DNA of 64,000 nt from an uncultured Acidobacteriaceae bacterium (GTDB lineage Bacteria > Acidobacteriota > Terriglobia > Terriglobales > Acidobacteriaceae). The notes below the pieces were generated by a model. The model had not been told where the DNA came from, did not search any database, and was given only the letters and a program-made list of their open reading frames with translations. Positions 9,806-19,883 of the stretch are shown here, one piece after another. The stretch lies in NCBI GenBank assembly GCA_963709415.1, contig CAVPWH010000010.1:719228-783227 (forward strand), written 5' to 3'. A program made the translations under genes and the position numbers. How positions within the stretch are numbered: the stretch's first letter is position 1; each line of letters opens with the position of its first letter.

Positions 9806-10013
9806 TCCCATCTCCCGGGATTTCGACTTGCGGGATTCAAGTCGCAGAGGCTGTCATTCAGGATTAAGCCTCTTCGGCGGGGGCGATGAGGGGGAAAACC
9901 AGCGCGAATGGCACGAAAGTTGTAGTGATTGGTGGCTTGTTGTGAGGGCCAAGGTGGACGATAATCGGGTAACCTCTGGGTAGATTCTTCCTTTGCGAAG
10001 GAGGCTGTGCGCG

Positions 10014-10526
10014 ATGCTGAAACGCTCTGGAAAGAAGTCGGGCCCCAATGCGGGATCGCAGGCAAGCCACTCTGCAGCGCTGGAGGCGATTGACGCCCTC
10101 TACACGCTGGAGATGAAGGCCAACCTAGCCGCGCTTCGCGACCAACGGCGAAGGACGAGGCTGCACCAGACGGTATCGAATTGGACCGAGTATTGGCCGG
10201 TTGCCGTCGGAATCGTCATCAGCTTGTTCGCCCCGCAGTTGCGCGACATGGTATCCGTTTTCCGGCCATGGGGGATGTGGATCGTTTTCCCGTTTGTATC
10301 GCTCGCCGGACGCCCCGAGGTTTACATGGGCGACGGGATGGCCGCCCTGCTGCCGCTGGTGATGCTTTATGCGCAGTTTCCGCTGGAAGGACTGCTGGCC
10401 AGAGTCGCTCTGAAAGGCAACGTCACGCTGACCGGGGTATTCGGGCAGGTTCTGTTCTTTCACACTCTGTGCATTATCGAGCTGTGGCTGGTGAACGGAG
10501 CGTTCTGGCAGGTGCTGCGGCACTAG
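10014..10526 (+). CDS. Hypothetical membrane protein
   Basis: AGGAGG RBS; several hydrophobic segments. Confidence 0.65.
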   Translation: MLKRSGKKSGPNAGSQASHSAALEAIDALYTLEMKANLAALRDQRRRTRLHQTVSNWTEYWPVAVGIVISLFAPQLRDMVSVFRPWGMWIVFPFVSLAGRPEVYMGDGMAALLPLVMLYAQFPLEGLLARVALKGNVTLTGVFGQVLFFHTLCIIELWLVNGAFWQVLRH

Positions 10527-10610
10527 ACGCCGCGGCTTGCGGCAGATGGTGGCAAGACGACGCACCGCCGCAAAATGAGCCCGAGCAAGAGCCCCATTCA
10601 ATCTCGAAGA

Positions 10611-11600
10611 TCAGTTCAATGGATTTTTCGCCCGCAGCTCGGCGACAATCTCCGCCGCAGCGACGAGGGCTTTTTCTTCCTGGTCGGGAGGAAAGCTGAT
10701 GGCGCCAACGCGCGCATGGCCGCCGCCGCCATAGCGCTCGCAAATCCGGGCCAGGTTCACCATCTTCGCAGGGTCGGCCTTGGTCCAGGGGTTCGAGCCC
10801 ACGGCCACCTTGGTGCGGAAGCTGGACTTCGACAAGCCAATCGAGTAAGTCGCATTCGGATATAGATAGTAGGGAATGAACTTGTTGAACCCTTCGAGCG
10901 GATGGTCGGTGATGTCGAAGAAGATGGTGCCGTCGCGCTCTTCCGCGCGGCTCCGGATCAGTTCCAATGCCTGCTTGTGACGCTCGAGCAGGGGCGGCAA
11001 GAGAGCGGCCACAAAGGGCTGGCTGAGAACCTCGGCCAGGGGCATTGAGGTAAGCAGCGGAATCAGCCGGGGAATGAAGTCCGGATCCGTACTGGACTCG
11101 ATAATCAATGTGAGCTTCATGGCCGGTGCGGCCATTTCCACGGCGGCCTCGGGACTCTCGTACCGCGCCCCGTCGACGATGTCGGCCCAATGAATGAGGT
11201 CGGCAACTGGAGCCGTGTCGAAGCCGTAGCGTGTCGAGGCGATGTGCGCGAGAAAGCTGGTGCAGGAGGTGTAATCGGGATCGAAGAACTTGCGCATGCC
11301 GCAGACCGGATCTTGCCGGCAGGCCAGGAAATGCCGGTGATCCTCTGGAGTGAGGAAGGCCGACTGGTGGTGATCGAACCACCAGGTGATCTTTGGCGAG
11401 GCCGAGTACTTGAAGTCGACGATCGCGTTCTCGTCGCCGGTGAACTCGCTCTCGTCAAAAAGCGCTCCGGCACGGTGAACCAGGCCGTGGTATTCGTAGG
11501 CCGCCGCGGGATTGACGCGCTCGCGGTGAAAGCGCGTGAACAAGGAGGCCGAACATGCTCCGTCAAAACATTTGTCGTGATAAAAGACGCGAACTCGCAA
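10611..11600 (-). CDS. DHH/DHHA1-family phosphoesterase
   Basis: YHDKCFDG, IVDF, WWFDHH, RYGGGGHARVG; TTG start after AGGAGG. Confidence 0.88.
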   Translation of the reverse strand: MRVRVFYHDKCFDGACSASLFTRFHRERVNPAAAYEYHGLVHRAGALFDESEFTGDENAIVDFKYSASPKITWWFDHHQSAFLTPEDHRHFLACRQDPVCGMRKFFDPDYTSCTSFLAHIASTRYGFDTAPVADLIHWADIVDGARYESPEAAVEMAAPAMKLTLIIESSTDPDFIPRLIPLLTSMPLAEVLSQPFVAALLPPLLERHKQALELIRSRAEERDGTIFFDITDHPLEGFNKFIPYYLYPNATYSIGLSKSSFRTKVAVGSNPWTKADPAKMVNLARICERYGGGGHARVGAISFPPDQEEKALVAAAEIVAELRAKNPLN

Positions 11601-11747
11601 GAGCTGAGTCCCTCCTGAGCCGGAAGGTAAAAAATAGCCGGAACTGTTAAGCATCAAGGGATAGGCCGATTGTGTCAAGGAAGGGGAGCGATCGGAATTG
11701 GCGGGAGAGGAAGCGAGGGCGAAGGGAAAGCGCTGCCGTTGCCCGGC

Positions 11748-11780
11748 TTGCGCGGCAAAATAATACAGCGTATTATTTTG
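11748..11780 (+). promoter_or_regulatory. Sigma70-like promoter overlapped by a perfect operator palindrome of the TA operon
   Basis: TTGCGC-17 nt-TATTAT; inverted repeat CAAAATAATAC-agc-GTATTATTTTG at 11756-11780. Confidence 0.75.
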
Positions 11781-11784
11781 TAAT

Positions 11785-12063
11785 ATGAACACCCCGCGCA
11801 CCATCAGTTTCCGCATCGCCGCTGAAAAGGTTGCCGAGCTGGATTCCATTGCCAAGGCCATGGACCGCGACCGCAGCTACCTGCTCAATGAGGCTGTCGA
11901 GAGCTACTTGAACGAGCAACAGCGCTTTGCGGCCATGGTGCGAGAGGGTATTAAAGCAGCCGAGAACGGAGAGTTGATTGACGACGAGGACGTTGGAGCG
12001 CTGGTCGACTCATGGGAGATAGAGAAGCGGGTTAAGGAGAAGAAGGTAAAGGCTCAAGCGTGA
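11785..12063 (+). CDS. CopG/RHH-family antitoxin
   Basis: TISFRI...ELDSIAKAMDRDRSYLLNEAVESYL RHH pattern; acidic C-terminal half; GTGA overlap with the toxin gene. Confidence 0.88.
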   Translation: MNTPRTISFRIAAEKVAELDSIAKAMDRDRSYLLNEAVESYLNEQQRFAAMVREGIKAAENGELIDDEDVGALVDSWEIEKRVKEKKVKAQA

Positions 12064-12344
12064 TAATCCGTTGGACGGTTCCGGCAGCAGATCAGCTGCA
12101 CGAGATCTTTGAATATATTGCTGCCGGCAGCCCCGCGGCAGCGGGCCGCATCGTGCGGCGCATTCGAAATTCAATTCACTTGATTGCGCGTATGCCAAAT
12201 ACCGGCAGGGTCGGTCGTATTGCAGGAACCCGCGAACTTGTCGTCCCCGGCACATCCTACCTAATCGCATACAGAATTCAAAAGAACACGATTCAGGTCC
12301 TTGCAATCCTTCATGGTGCACGGCAGTGGCCCGAGTCGTTCTGA
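12060..12344 (+). CDS. RelE/ParE-family toxin
   Basis: IRWTVPAADQL..I..YIA, PNTGRVG, GTRELVV, YLIAYRI, ILHGARQW. Confidence 0.9.
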   Translation: MIIRWTVPAADQLHEIFEYIAAGSPAAAGRIVRRIRNSIHLIARMPNTGRVGRIAGTRELVVPGTSYLIAYRIQKNTIQVLAILHGARQWPESF

Positions 12345-12436
12345 GCGGGGAACCGGCCAGTCGATTGCTGCGTAGAGTATCTTTCCATCAGTAGAAGTCG
12401 TTTGACAAAGACCTGTTTCATTTTGAAGGAGGCTCC

Positions 12437-13642
12437 GTGGAGCCTGAGATTCAAGCTCCGGCTGGGGTAAGTGTGCCGGCAGATGTCAACGAGGGCGGAG
12501 CTCAACCGCCGCATGAATTGAAATCCCATGAGCGCCGCGACCTGGACTGGTTCCTGATCGGCGGGCACGGCCTGCGGGCGGGATGGTCGATCGCGGTTTT
12601 CGTCGTCCTATACCGGCTGTTCAGCGTGATCGTGGGAACGATTGCTGTCGGACTCTACCCTTCTGTTGCAAGAAACGATTTCCTGCCGACGACGGCGCTC
12701 GTCAGCGAGATGGTTCCGTTCCTTTCCATGCTAGGTGCGGCGGCGATGGTAGCGCTCTTCGAGCGGCGCAGCATCGTTGAGTTCAACCTGACAGGTTCGA
12801 GGCGATTGTTGAATTTCTTTTTCGGGATGGCGGCAGGGCTCCTCTCGCTCTCAATCCTGGTGGGAACGCTCACGTGGGGCGGCTGGCTGCAATTCGGGCC
12901 GATAGCTCTCAATGGGGCCGATGTGGTGAAGTTTGGCGCGCTTTGGGGCTGCGCTTTCCTGCTGGTGGGCTGCGTGGAAGAGGGCATCTTCCGCTGCTTT
13001 CTGCAATTCACCTTGACCCGGGGAACCAACTTCTGGTGGGCGCTGGGAATCGTCGCAGTTGTCTGCCTCGACCTGATGTTGCGGTCCGAGGGACACATCG
13101 GCATCATCGCCTTTTTCTGGTTGGAACCATTGCGGACCGTCACGGGGAATGGTTTCTTAGGGGTCTTTATCGTCGCGCTGCTCGGACTGGCGCCCTGCCT
13201 GTGGCTGCATCTCGCCAAGGCCGAGGGCGCTGGGTTCTGGCAGGCGGCTTGGGTGACCTCGACACTTTTCGGCTTCGTGCATACCAGCAACAATGGCGAG
13301 AACTGGATCGGGATTCTGGCGGCGGCGACGATCGGGTTTGTCTTTTGCGTCAGCATCCGGGTTACGGGGTCGGCATGGTGGGCAATTGGCTGCCACACGG
13401 CGTGGGATTGGGCGGAGACTTACTTCTATGGCACTGCCGACAGCGGTTTTACTTCAAAGGGTCATTACCTGACTGCAAGCCCGGCAGGCAACTCGTTTTG
13501 GAGCGGCGGAGCCGATGGGCCGGAGGGCAGCTTGCTGGTACTGGGCGCGATTCTGCTTCTTCTGGCGGCGTTGCTGGTCACTTATGGACGCAGGCCGGAT
13601 GCGGCGCTGGGGGCTCCAAGCCAGGGTCGGGCGAAAGGATAA
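12437..13642 (+). CDS. CPBP (CAAX protease/Abi) intramembrane metalloprotease
   Basis: EEGIFR, FGFVH, HTAWDW, GPEGS motifs; many TM segments. Confidence 0.88.
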   Translation: MEPEIQAPAGVSVPADVNEGGAQPPHELKSHERRDLDWFLIGGHGLRAGWSIAVFVVLYRLFSVIVGTIAVGLYPSVARNDFLPTTALVSEMVPFLSMLGAAAMVALFERRSIVEFNLTGSRRLLNFFFGMAAGLLSLSILVGTLTWGGWLQFGPIALNGADVVKFGALWGCAFLLVGCVEEGIFRCFLQFTLTRGTNFWWALGIVAVVCLDLMLRSEGHIGIIAFFWLEPLRTVTGNGFLGVFIVALLGLAPCLWLHLAKAEGAGFWQAAWVTSTLFGFVHTSNNGENWIGILAAATIGFVFCVSIRVTGSAWWAIGCHTAWDWAETYFYGTADSGFTSKGHYLTASPAGNSFWSGGADGPEGSLLVLGAILLLLAALLVTYGRRPDAALGAPSQGRAKG

Positions 13643-13646
13643 AGAG

Positions 13647-14582
13647 ATGCGGCTCTGGCTCAATCGCACTGGTGAGGTTTCGCTGCGCGAGCAACTGATT
13701 ACGCAGGTTGTGCTGGCGATTCTGTGCAAGGAATTGCGCCCCGGCGAGCGATTGCCAAGCACCCGCGAACTTGCTCGCCGCTTCGGAATCCATGCCAACA
13801 CCGCAAGCGCCGCCTACCGCGAACTGGAGCGCGAGGGCTGGCTTGAGTTTCGCCATGGCAGCGGCGTATTTGTCAGGGCAACCCGGCCTTCGGCACCGCT
13901 GTCACCGAAGATGGCTGTCGATCAACTGATTGGAGAGCTGGCGGCAAAGGCGCGCAAGATGGGTGCGGCCGAGACGCTTGTGAGAGCGCGGCTAAGGCGC
14001 TGGCTCCAGAACCAGCCGCCGTCGCGCTGGCTTGTGATTGAGCCAGACCCGGAGTTGCGCGCCATAGTGATGGAAGAAATGGCACAGGCGCTGGGGTTGC
14101 CGCTGGCTGGTTGTGCTCCGGAGGAATGCGGCGAGGCCAAACACCTGGAGGGCTCGATGCCGGTAGTGCTGCCGAGCAAGGCAGCGTGGGTACGCAAACT
14201 GCTGCCCGCTGGAACCGACCTGACTGTGCTGCAGGTGCAGCCGGTGTCGCGCGAGTTGCTGGCGCGGCTGCAGCGTTACCTGCCGGAGCATGCAGGAGAA
14301 TTGATCGGTGTTGCTTCGCGCTGGGGCGATTTTCAGCGGATTGCGAAGACCATGCTGATTGCCGCGGGATTGGCACCGGAGAGCCTGTTGGTTCGCGATG
14401 CAACGCTCCCCGGATGGAAGCGCGGCCTCGAGGCGACCTCGGGCGTGGTGTGCGATTCGATAACAGCGCGTGAACTGCCGAAAGGCGTGTTCCCTTTGAA
14501 CTTTACGCTGCTGGATGAGCCGACACTAGCCGAGTTGCGCCGCAGCGAGCGGCCATTTCGCGCGACTGACGAATCGCTGTGA
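13647..14582 (+). CDS. GntR-family (YtrA-like N-terminus) transcriptional regulator
   Basis: LRPGERLPSTRELARRFGIHANTASAAYRELEREG...GSGVFV. Confidence 0.88.
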   Translation: MRLWLNRTGEVSLREQLITQVVLAILCKELRPGERLPSTRELARRFGIHANTASAAYRELEREGWLEFRHGSGVFVRATRPSAPLSPKMAVDQLIGELAAKARKMGAAETLVRARLRRWLQNQPPSRWLVIEPDPELRAIVMEEMAQALGLPLAGCAPEECGEAKHLEGSMPVVLPSKAAWVRKLLPAGTDLTVLQVQPVSRELLARLQRYLPEHAGELIGVASRWGDFQRIAKTMLIAAGLAPESLLVRDATLPGWKRGLEATSGVVCDSITARELPKGVFPLNFTLLDEPTLAELRRSERPFRATDESL

Positions 14583-14645
14583 CAGATCCGATTCTGTCCT
14601 AATCCTCACAACACTGCGATTGCCGCCTGCCTAACATCGCAGGTT

Positions 14646-15233
14646 ATGAGAAGCTTGTTCTGGATTCCGATTGCATTCGTCCTGGTGCCTGGGGCCATAT
14701 GGCCACAGGCGTTGCCCGATGCCCCGGCGCCTGCGGCGCTCAACCCACAGTGGATTCGTATTCAGCAAATCTCCGATGGCCAGCAGATCGTGGTCCGCAC
14801 GACGAAAGGGGAAAAGGTGCGATGCAGCTTTGCCGGCGCCACTGAGACGTGCCTCTTTTGCGATCCGCCCGGCGTGCTTTCCAGCCAACCCACGTACCGG
14901 TTCGATCGCGGCAGCCTGATGAGCGTGAGAGAGGCCCGGCCGGAAAGCGACGCGCACCCGATTTTCCTGGCATCGATGGCTGTCCTGGGCACGATTGTCG
15001 GAGCCGCCGCCACCCGGACCACCGACGACAAGACAGCCGCGTGGGCCGGCTTACTGACGGCCGGAGTGCTGGGCGCGACGATTTATCCGTTTGTTGAGAT
15101 GCAAAGCCAGGGTGTCGGCTTCGGGTTCCCAAATCGGCCGCGCCAATTTGGCTTCAACGTTGCCGCTGCCGCATGGAGCGCGACCGCGTATGCCGATACC
15201 CATCCGGCCATTGCGTTGAGGGCTTCGGGCTAA
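14646..15233 (+). CDS. Hypothetical exported/membrane protein
   Basis: Signal peptide, Cys-containing small domain, two C-terminal hydrophobic helices. Confidence 0.6.
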   Translation: MRSLFWIPIAFVLVPGAIWPQALPDAPAPAALNPQWIRIQQISDGQQIVVRTTKGEKVRCSFAGATETCLFCDPPGVLSSQPTYRFDRGSLMSVREARPESDAHPIFLASMAVLGTIVGAAATRTTDDKTAAWAGLLTAGVLGATIYPFVEMQSQGVGFGFPNRPRQFGFNVAAAAWSATAYADTHPAIALRASG

Positions 15234-15438
15234 GGCTCCCGCGATTGCCCTGTCCGATTTCGAAGCCCGAATACCGTTTCTCCCATCGTCTGATGACACT
15301 CTCCACACTGGATGGAGAGACGTTCTGGTTAATCGAAACTCTCGATTCCACTTCTCATTTCATTAGAGCGGCGGAGGAGGATGTGCACAGTCACAAGGAA
15401 GAGCGACGCGTTGGACGGCGTTATCCTGTTGTTGACCT

Positions 15439-17976
15439 ATGGCTGACATCTTCCCGATCGATAAGGCGCTCGAAAACGCCGCTGCTCAACCTCCCCGCAA
15501 ACGCAAACGGCGGTGGCTGCGGGTTGCGCTCTGGTGCGCAGGCAGCCTGCTTTTCGTTTTGCTGGCGGGCGGGTGCCTTGGCCTGCTTTGGCTTCGCTCC
15601 GCGGAAAAGGCGGCGCTGCCGGTGTTGGATGGTGACGTGCATCTTGCCGGGCTCTCTGCTCCAGTGATGGTGCGGCGCGACGGCCATGGTGTGCCGCACA
15701 TTGAGGCGTCCACCGAGGCCGACATGCTTGTCGCCCAGGGGTACGTGACGGCGCAGGACCGCCTGTGGCAGATGGACGCCTACCGGCGCAATTCCAACGG
15801 CGAGCTGGCGGAGATCATGGGGCCGTCGCTGGTTGAACACGACAAGGCGCAGCGGGTTCTCGAGATTCGCAACACGGCGCGGCGCGTGTATGCAAATCTT
15901 TCCGGAGACGATCGCGCTCGCCTGGACGACTACGCGCGGGGCGTGAATCTGTTTATCGCTCAGTGCGAGAGTACAAACTCGCTTCCGGCGGAGTTCCGGT
16001 TGCTGGCCTATCGACCGCAACCGTGGAGTGGAGTGGACTCAGTGAGCGTGGGACTGATGATGGTGCAGATGCTGGATACGCACTGGCCCACCAAGCTCTC
16101 CCGAGAGCGAATCGCGGCAAGGTTGGGCAATCCTAAACTCGAGGCCGATCTCTATCCGGTTGGCTCGTGGCGCGATCATCCGCCCACCGGGATCGTGGTT
16201 GACCTGAGCCAGCCGCATCCGGAGTTGGCTCCTCCCAAGGACGAGGACGATGAGCCTTCCACGGCAAGCGCGGCGGCTTCCGCAGCCTTGCCCGCCGCCA
16301 TCAATCCGCAGGCGCTCCTCGCGATGCTCGGTCTGCCAAGTTGCAATGGCTGCGTGGCGGGCTCAAATAACTGGGTGATAGCAGGCAAGCATACTGCCAG
16401 CGGCAAGCCGCTGCTCTCGAACGATATGCACCTGGGCCTGACGGAGCCCAACATCTGGTTCACGGCCGATCTGAAGGCGCCGGGCTTCCACGCCGCGGGC
16501 GTTACGCTGCCGGGGCTGCCCTTCGTGATTGCCGGTCACAACGAGCACGTGGCCTGGGGCTTTACGGCACTGATGGGCGACGTGCAGGATCTCTACATCG
16601 AAAAGCTCAACGGCAGTGGCTACTATCAGGATGTGGACGGCGGTTGGAAGCCACTCTTCGTGGATCACGAGGCTATCAAAGTGCGCGGCGGCAAAGATGT
16701 GGTGCTTGACGTCCAATCCACTGCGCATGGACCGCTGTTGAATCCTATTCTGCCGAGGGAGACGCGTCCAATTGCGCTGAAGTGGACCTTGTACGATCCG
16801 GCGCTGAACTCGCTGCCGCTCGACCAGATCGATACGGCGGCAAATTGGACGGAGTTTTCCGCGGCGCTCGGTGCCTGGAGCTGGCCGACGCAGAACGTGG
16901 TCTACGCGGACGACCAGGGACATATTGCTTATCACGCGATTGGGAAGATTCCGATCAGAAGTCCAGCAGGCCTCTTTCCCGTTCCTATCCAGCACGATGT
17001 CATGGACTCCAGAGCTGAATGGGGAGACTTCGCATTGAGTCCGAAGTCCATCTACATCCCTTTCGAGGCGATGCCGAATGCTGTCGATCCACCGTCGGGC
17101 TTTCTGGCCACGGCGAACTCACGCGTGGCCACCGAGAAGTCGGTTTATCCGCTGACGCTGGAGTGGATCGATCCATATCGCGTTGAGCGCATTTACAAGG
17201 CGCTAGACGGACGCGACGGACTCACGCCGAGAGACATGCTCGCGGTGCAGACGGATGTCTATAGCGAGGTGGACCAGGAGATGGGGCAGCGGCTGGCTTA
17301 CGCGATCGACCACAGCGATGGAGCCGACCAGCGTCTTCGCCAGGCCGCCGACCTGATGCGCACCTGGGATGGCCACCTGACGACCGACTCCGCAGCGGCG
17401 TCGATCGTGACCCAGACGCGCAGCGCTCTGTGGCGGCTGATTCTTGAGCCCAAGCTGGGCAAGGATGCGGCAAGCTACCACTGGGAAGAGTCGAATTTTG
17501 CAGAGGAAGAGATTGTGATGCACGCCAAGACGGACTGGCTGCCACCCGGCTACAAGAACTGGGATGCGCTGCTGACCGCGGCGGTGCGCAAAGGCATGGA
17601 AGACGGCAAGGCTCCCGCGAACATTGCGGGATGGAATTACGGTAGCTGGCATGTGGTGGACATCGAGCATCCGCTGGCAAAGTTTCTCCCGTTCGTGGGA
17701 CGGATTGCCGGAACCGGAGCACATCCGCAAAGCGGCGATACGACGACGGTAAAGCAGGTGGGCCGCGACTTCGGTCCTTCGCAGCGCTTCACGATGGACT
17801 GGAGCAACGTGGACGGCTCGACGGAAAACATTGTGCTGGGCGAGAGCGGCGACCCGTTCAGCCCGTACTTCCGCGACCAGTGGAACGACTGGTATGGAGG
17901 CACGACGTTTGCGCTTCCCTTCTCGCAGGCTGCGGTGGCCGCGCAGACGAAACACACGCTGCGGCTGCTGCCATGA
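15439..17976 (+). CDS. Penicillin acylase family Ntn hydrolase (membrane anchored)
   Basis: RDGHGVPHI, AQGYVTAQDRLWQMD, GSNNW catalytic Ser, SNDMHL, GPSQRF, GESG. Confidence 0.93.
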   Translation: MADIFPIDKALENAAAQPPRKRKRRWLRVALWCAGSLLFVLLAGGCLGLLWLRSAEKAALPVLDGDVHLAGLSAPVMVRRDGHGVPHIEASTEADMLVAQGYVTAQDRLWQMDAYRRNSNGELAEIMGPSLVEHDKAQRVLEIRNTARRVYANLSGDDRARLDDYARGVNLFIAQCESTNSLPAEFRLLAYRPQPWSGVDSVSVGLMMVQMLDTHWPTKLSRERIAARLGNPKLEADLYPVGSWRDHPPTGIVVDLSQPHPELAPPKDEDDEPSTASAAASAALPAAINPQALLAMLGLPSCNGCVAGSNNWVIAGKHTASGKPLLSNDMHLGLTEPNIWFTADLKAPGFHAAGVTLPGLPFVIAGHNEHVAWGFTALMGDVQDLYIEKLNGSGYYQDVDGGWKPLFVDHEAIKVRGGKDVVLDVQSTAHGPLLNPILPRETRPIALKWTLYDPALNSLPLDQIDTAANWTEFSAALGAWSWPTQNVVYADDQGHIAYHAIGKIPIRSPAGLFPVPIQHDVMDSRAEWGDFALSPKSIYIPFEAMPNAVDPPSGFLATANSRVATEKSVYPLTLEWIDPYRVERIYKALDGRDGLTPRDMLAVQTDVYSEVDQEMGQRLAYAIDHSDGADQRLRQAADLMRTWDGHLTTDSAAASIVTQTRSALWRLILEPKLGKDAASYHWEESNFAEEEIVMHAKTDWLPPGYKNWDALLTAAVRKGMEDGKAPANIAGWNYGSWHVVDIEHPLAKFLPFVGRIAGTGAHPQSGDTTTVKQVGRDFGPSQRFTMDWSNVDGSTENIVLGESGDPFSPYFRDQWNDWYGGTTFALPFSQAAVAAQTKHTLRLLP

Positions 17977-19870
17977 AAGAACAGGGAACAGGGACCAGCC
18001 ACCCCATCGAGCCAAAATCGCTCGTCGGGGTCTCCGGCAGGGATCAGGGATCAGGGGCGAGGAATCAGAACTCTGCATCGAGACCTGGGAATCCTCTATG
18101 CTGGCGCGCTTGCATCGGGCCTGCCGCGATTCTTGGCGCGGCGTTGGTGGCAGTTGCACCGCAACTGTTGCGCGGCAACTCCTGCGGGCATGACTTTGAT
18201 TTTCACCTGGTCTCGTGGTTTGATGCGCTGAACGCCTGGCGGCACGGGCTGCTTTATCCGCACTGGGCCGCGAGTGCAAACTACGGCGCGGGTGAGCCGC
18301 GGTTCGTATTTTATCCCCCGCTCACTTGGATGATGGGTGCGGCCCTCGCGACGGTGCTGCCGTGGACGCTGGTTCCTGTTGCGCTCACATTTTTGCTGCT
18401 GGCCGGAACCGGGCTGGCGACAAGGGCCCTTGCACGGGAGGCGCTCTCGGACGGCGCGGCTACGCTGGCCGGTTGCGCTGCATTGTTTTCCGGCTATGCG
18501 CTTTTCACCGCCTACGAGCGCTCAGCCTTCGCGGAGCTTGCAGGCGGCTTTTGGATTCCGCTGGTGCTGCTCTTTGCACTCCGCGATCGCAAGTCATCTT
18601 GCTCGGCTTCGAACGGCGCCGCCAACAGACGAGCACGCCTCGGCACCATCGCCCCACTGGCTCTGGCCATCGCCGGCGCATGGCTTTCAAACCCGCCAGT
18701 TGGCTTAATGGCTTGCTACCTGCTCGCGGCTGTTGCGCTGAGCGCTGATTGTGCTGGAGCGATCCTGGTCGCCAGCGCTGCGCGCCGCCGCCGGCGCGCT
18801 GCTGGGAATGGGCCTGATCGCGATTTATCTCATCCCTGCGTACCTGGGAGCAGCGATGGGTGGACATTTACCAGGTGACTGAGGACCCCGGACAGACGCT
18901 TGAAAACAACTGGCTGTTTGCCGTTCATGCCGATGCATCGATGGCGTTTCACGACCAGGTGCTGCGCACGGCCTCGATCATTGCGGTCCTGATGATCGCC
19001 GTGGCTCTCGCCGGCCTGCTGGTTTGCTGGCTGCGCGGCCGTCTCCCTGGACCGCGCGCTGGTGGATTCCGCTGGCGCTGATCCCTGTGGCGGTTCTTCT
19101 GCTTCAGTTCTCTTTTTCGCAGCCGCTCTGGAACCTGCTGCCCGATCTCCGCTTTCTGCAATTTCCCTGGCGCTGGTTGCTGGTTCTGGAAGCGCCGATG
19201 GCGATATTTTTCGCGGCGGCAATCTGGCCTTGCGAATTCCGCGCAACGCTGGCGGCGCATTGCAGTTGCGACCGCCTGCTCCGCGGTCTTTCTGGCCATG
19301 ACGGCATACGCAGGAGACAGCCTCTTTCAGACTTGCGACGATGAAGACGCGGTGCTACCCATGTTGGATGCGTATCGCTCCGGACAGGGCTTTATCGGTA
19401 CATTCGAGTACGAGCCAATCGGTGCGGACAATTCGCTCGTCGCCACGGGACTGCCGCAGGCTTGCCTGGTCGGCGATCCCGCAATGCTGCTCGGCAAAGA
19501 AGCGGCGGATCCCGACACGCCCCCAGCATGGGACGCCGCGCAGGGCAGTTGCGAGGCCACCTATGCGGCAGCGTCCAACAGCCGCCCCGAGCATCATGCG
19601 GATCACGGCCACAATCGCTCGCCCGGGCTTCTTGGTTCTGCGCCTGCGCAGCTATCCGGCCTGGCGGGTCAGGGTGAATGGGCAAGCCGTCCCGTCCCTG
19701 CCCCGGCGCGAAGACGGGCTGTTGGCCGTGCCTGTGCCGCAAGGCGCGGTCAACCTGACCGTCGACTGGACGCGACGCCGGACGTATCCTCAGCCGCTGG
19801 ATGAGCGCCTCAGCGTGCTGGCGCTCACAGGCCTATGGCTTGCTGGAGCGAAGGCCATGCCGCGCTCGGT
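17973..19870 (+). CDS. PTPS-related/YfhO-like polytopic membrane protein (GT-C-like), frameshifted; end approximate
   Basis: GHDFDFHL, YPHW...NYGAGEPRFVFYPPL, LQFPWRWL, YPAWRVRVNG motifs spread over several frames. Confidence 0.75.
17982..18056 (+). repeat. CAGGGA(A/C/T) heptamer repeats flanking a REP-like hairpin
   Basis: cagggaa-cagggac, CCCCATCGAGC-caaaatc-GCTCGTCGGGG, cagggat-cagggat-cagggg. Confidence 0.55.
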
Positions 19871-19883
19871 TATCATGAGGGCA

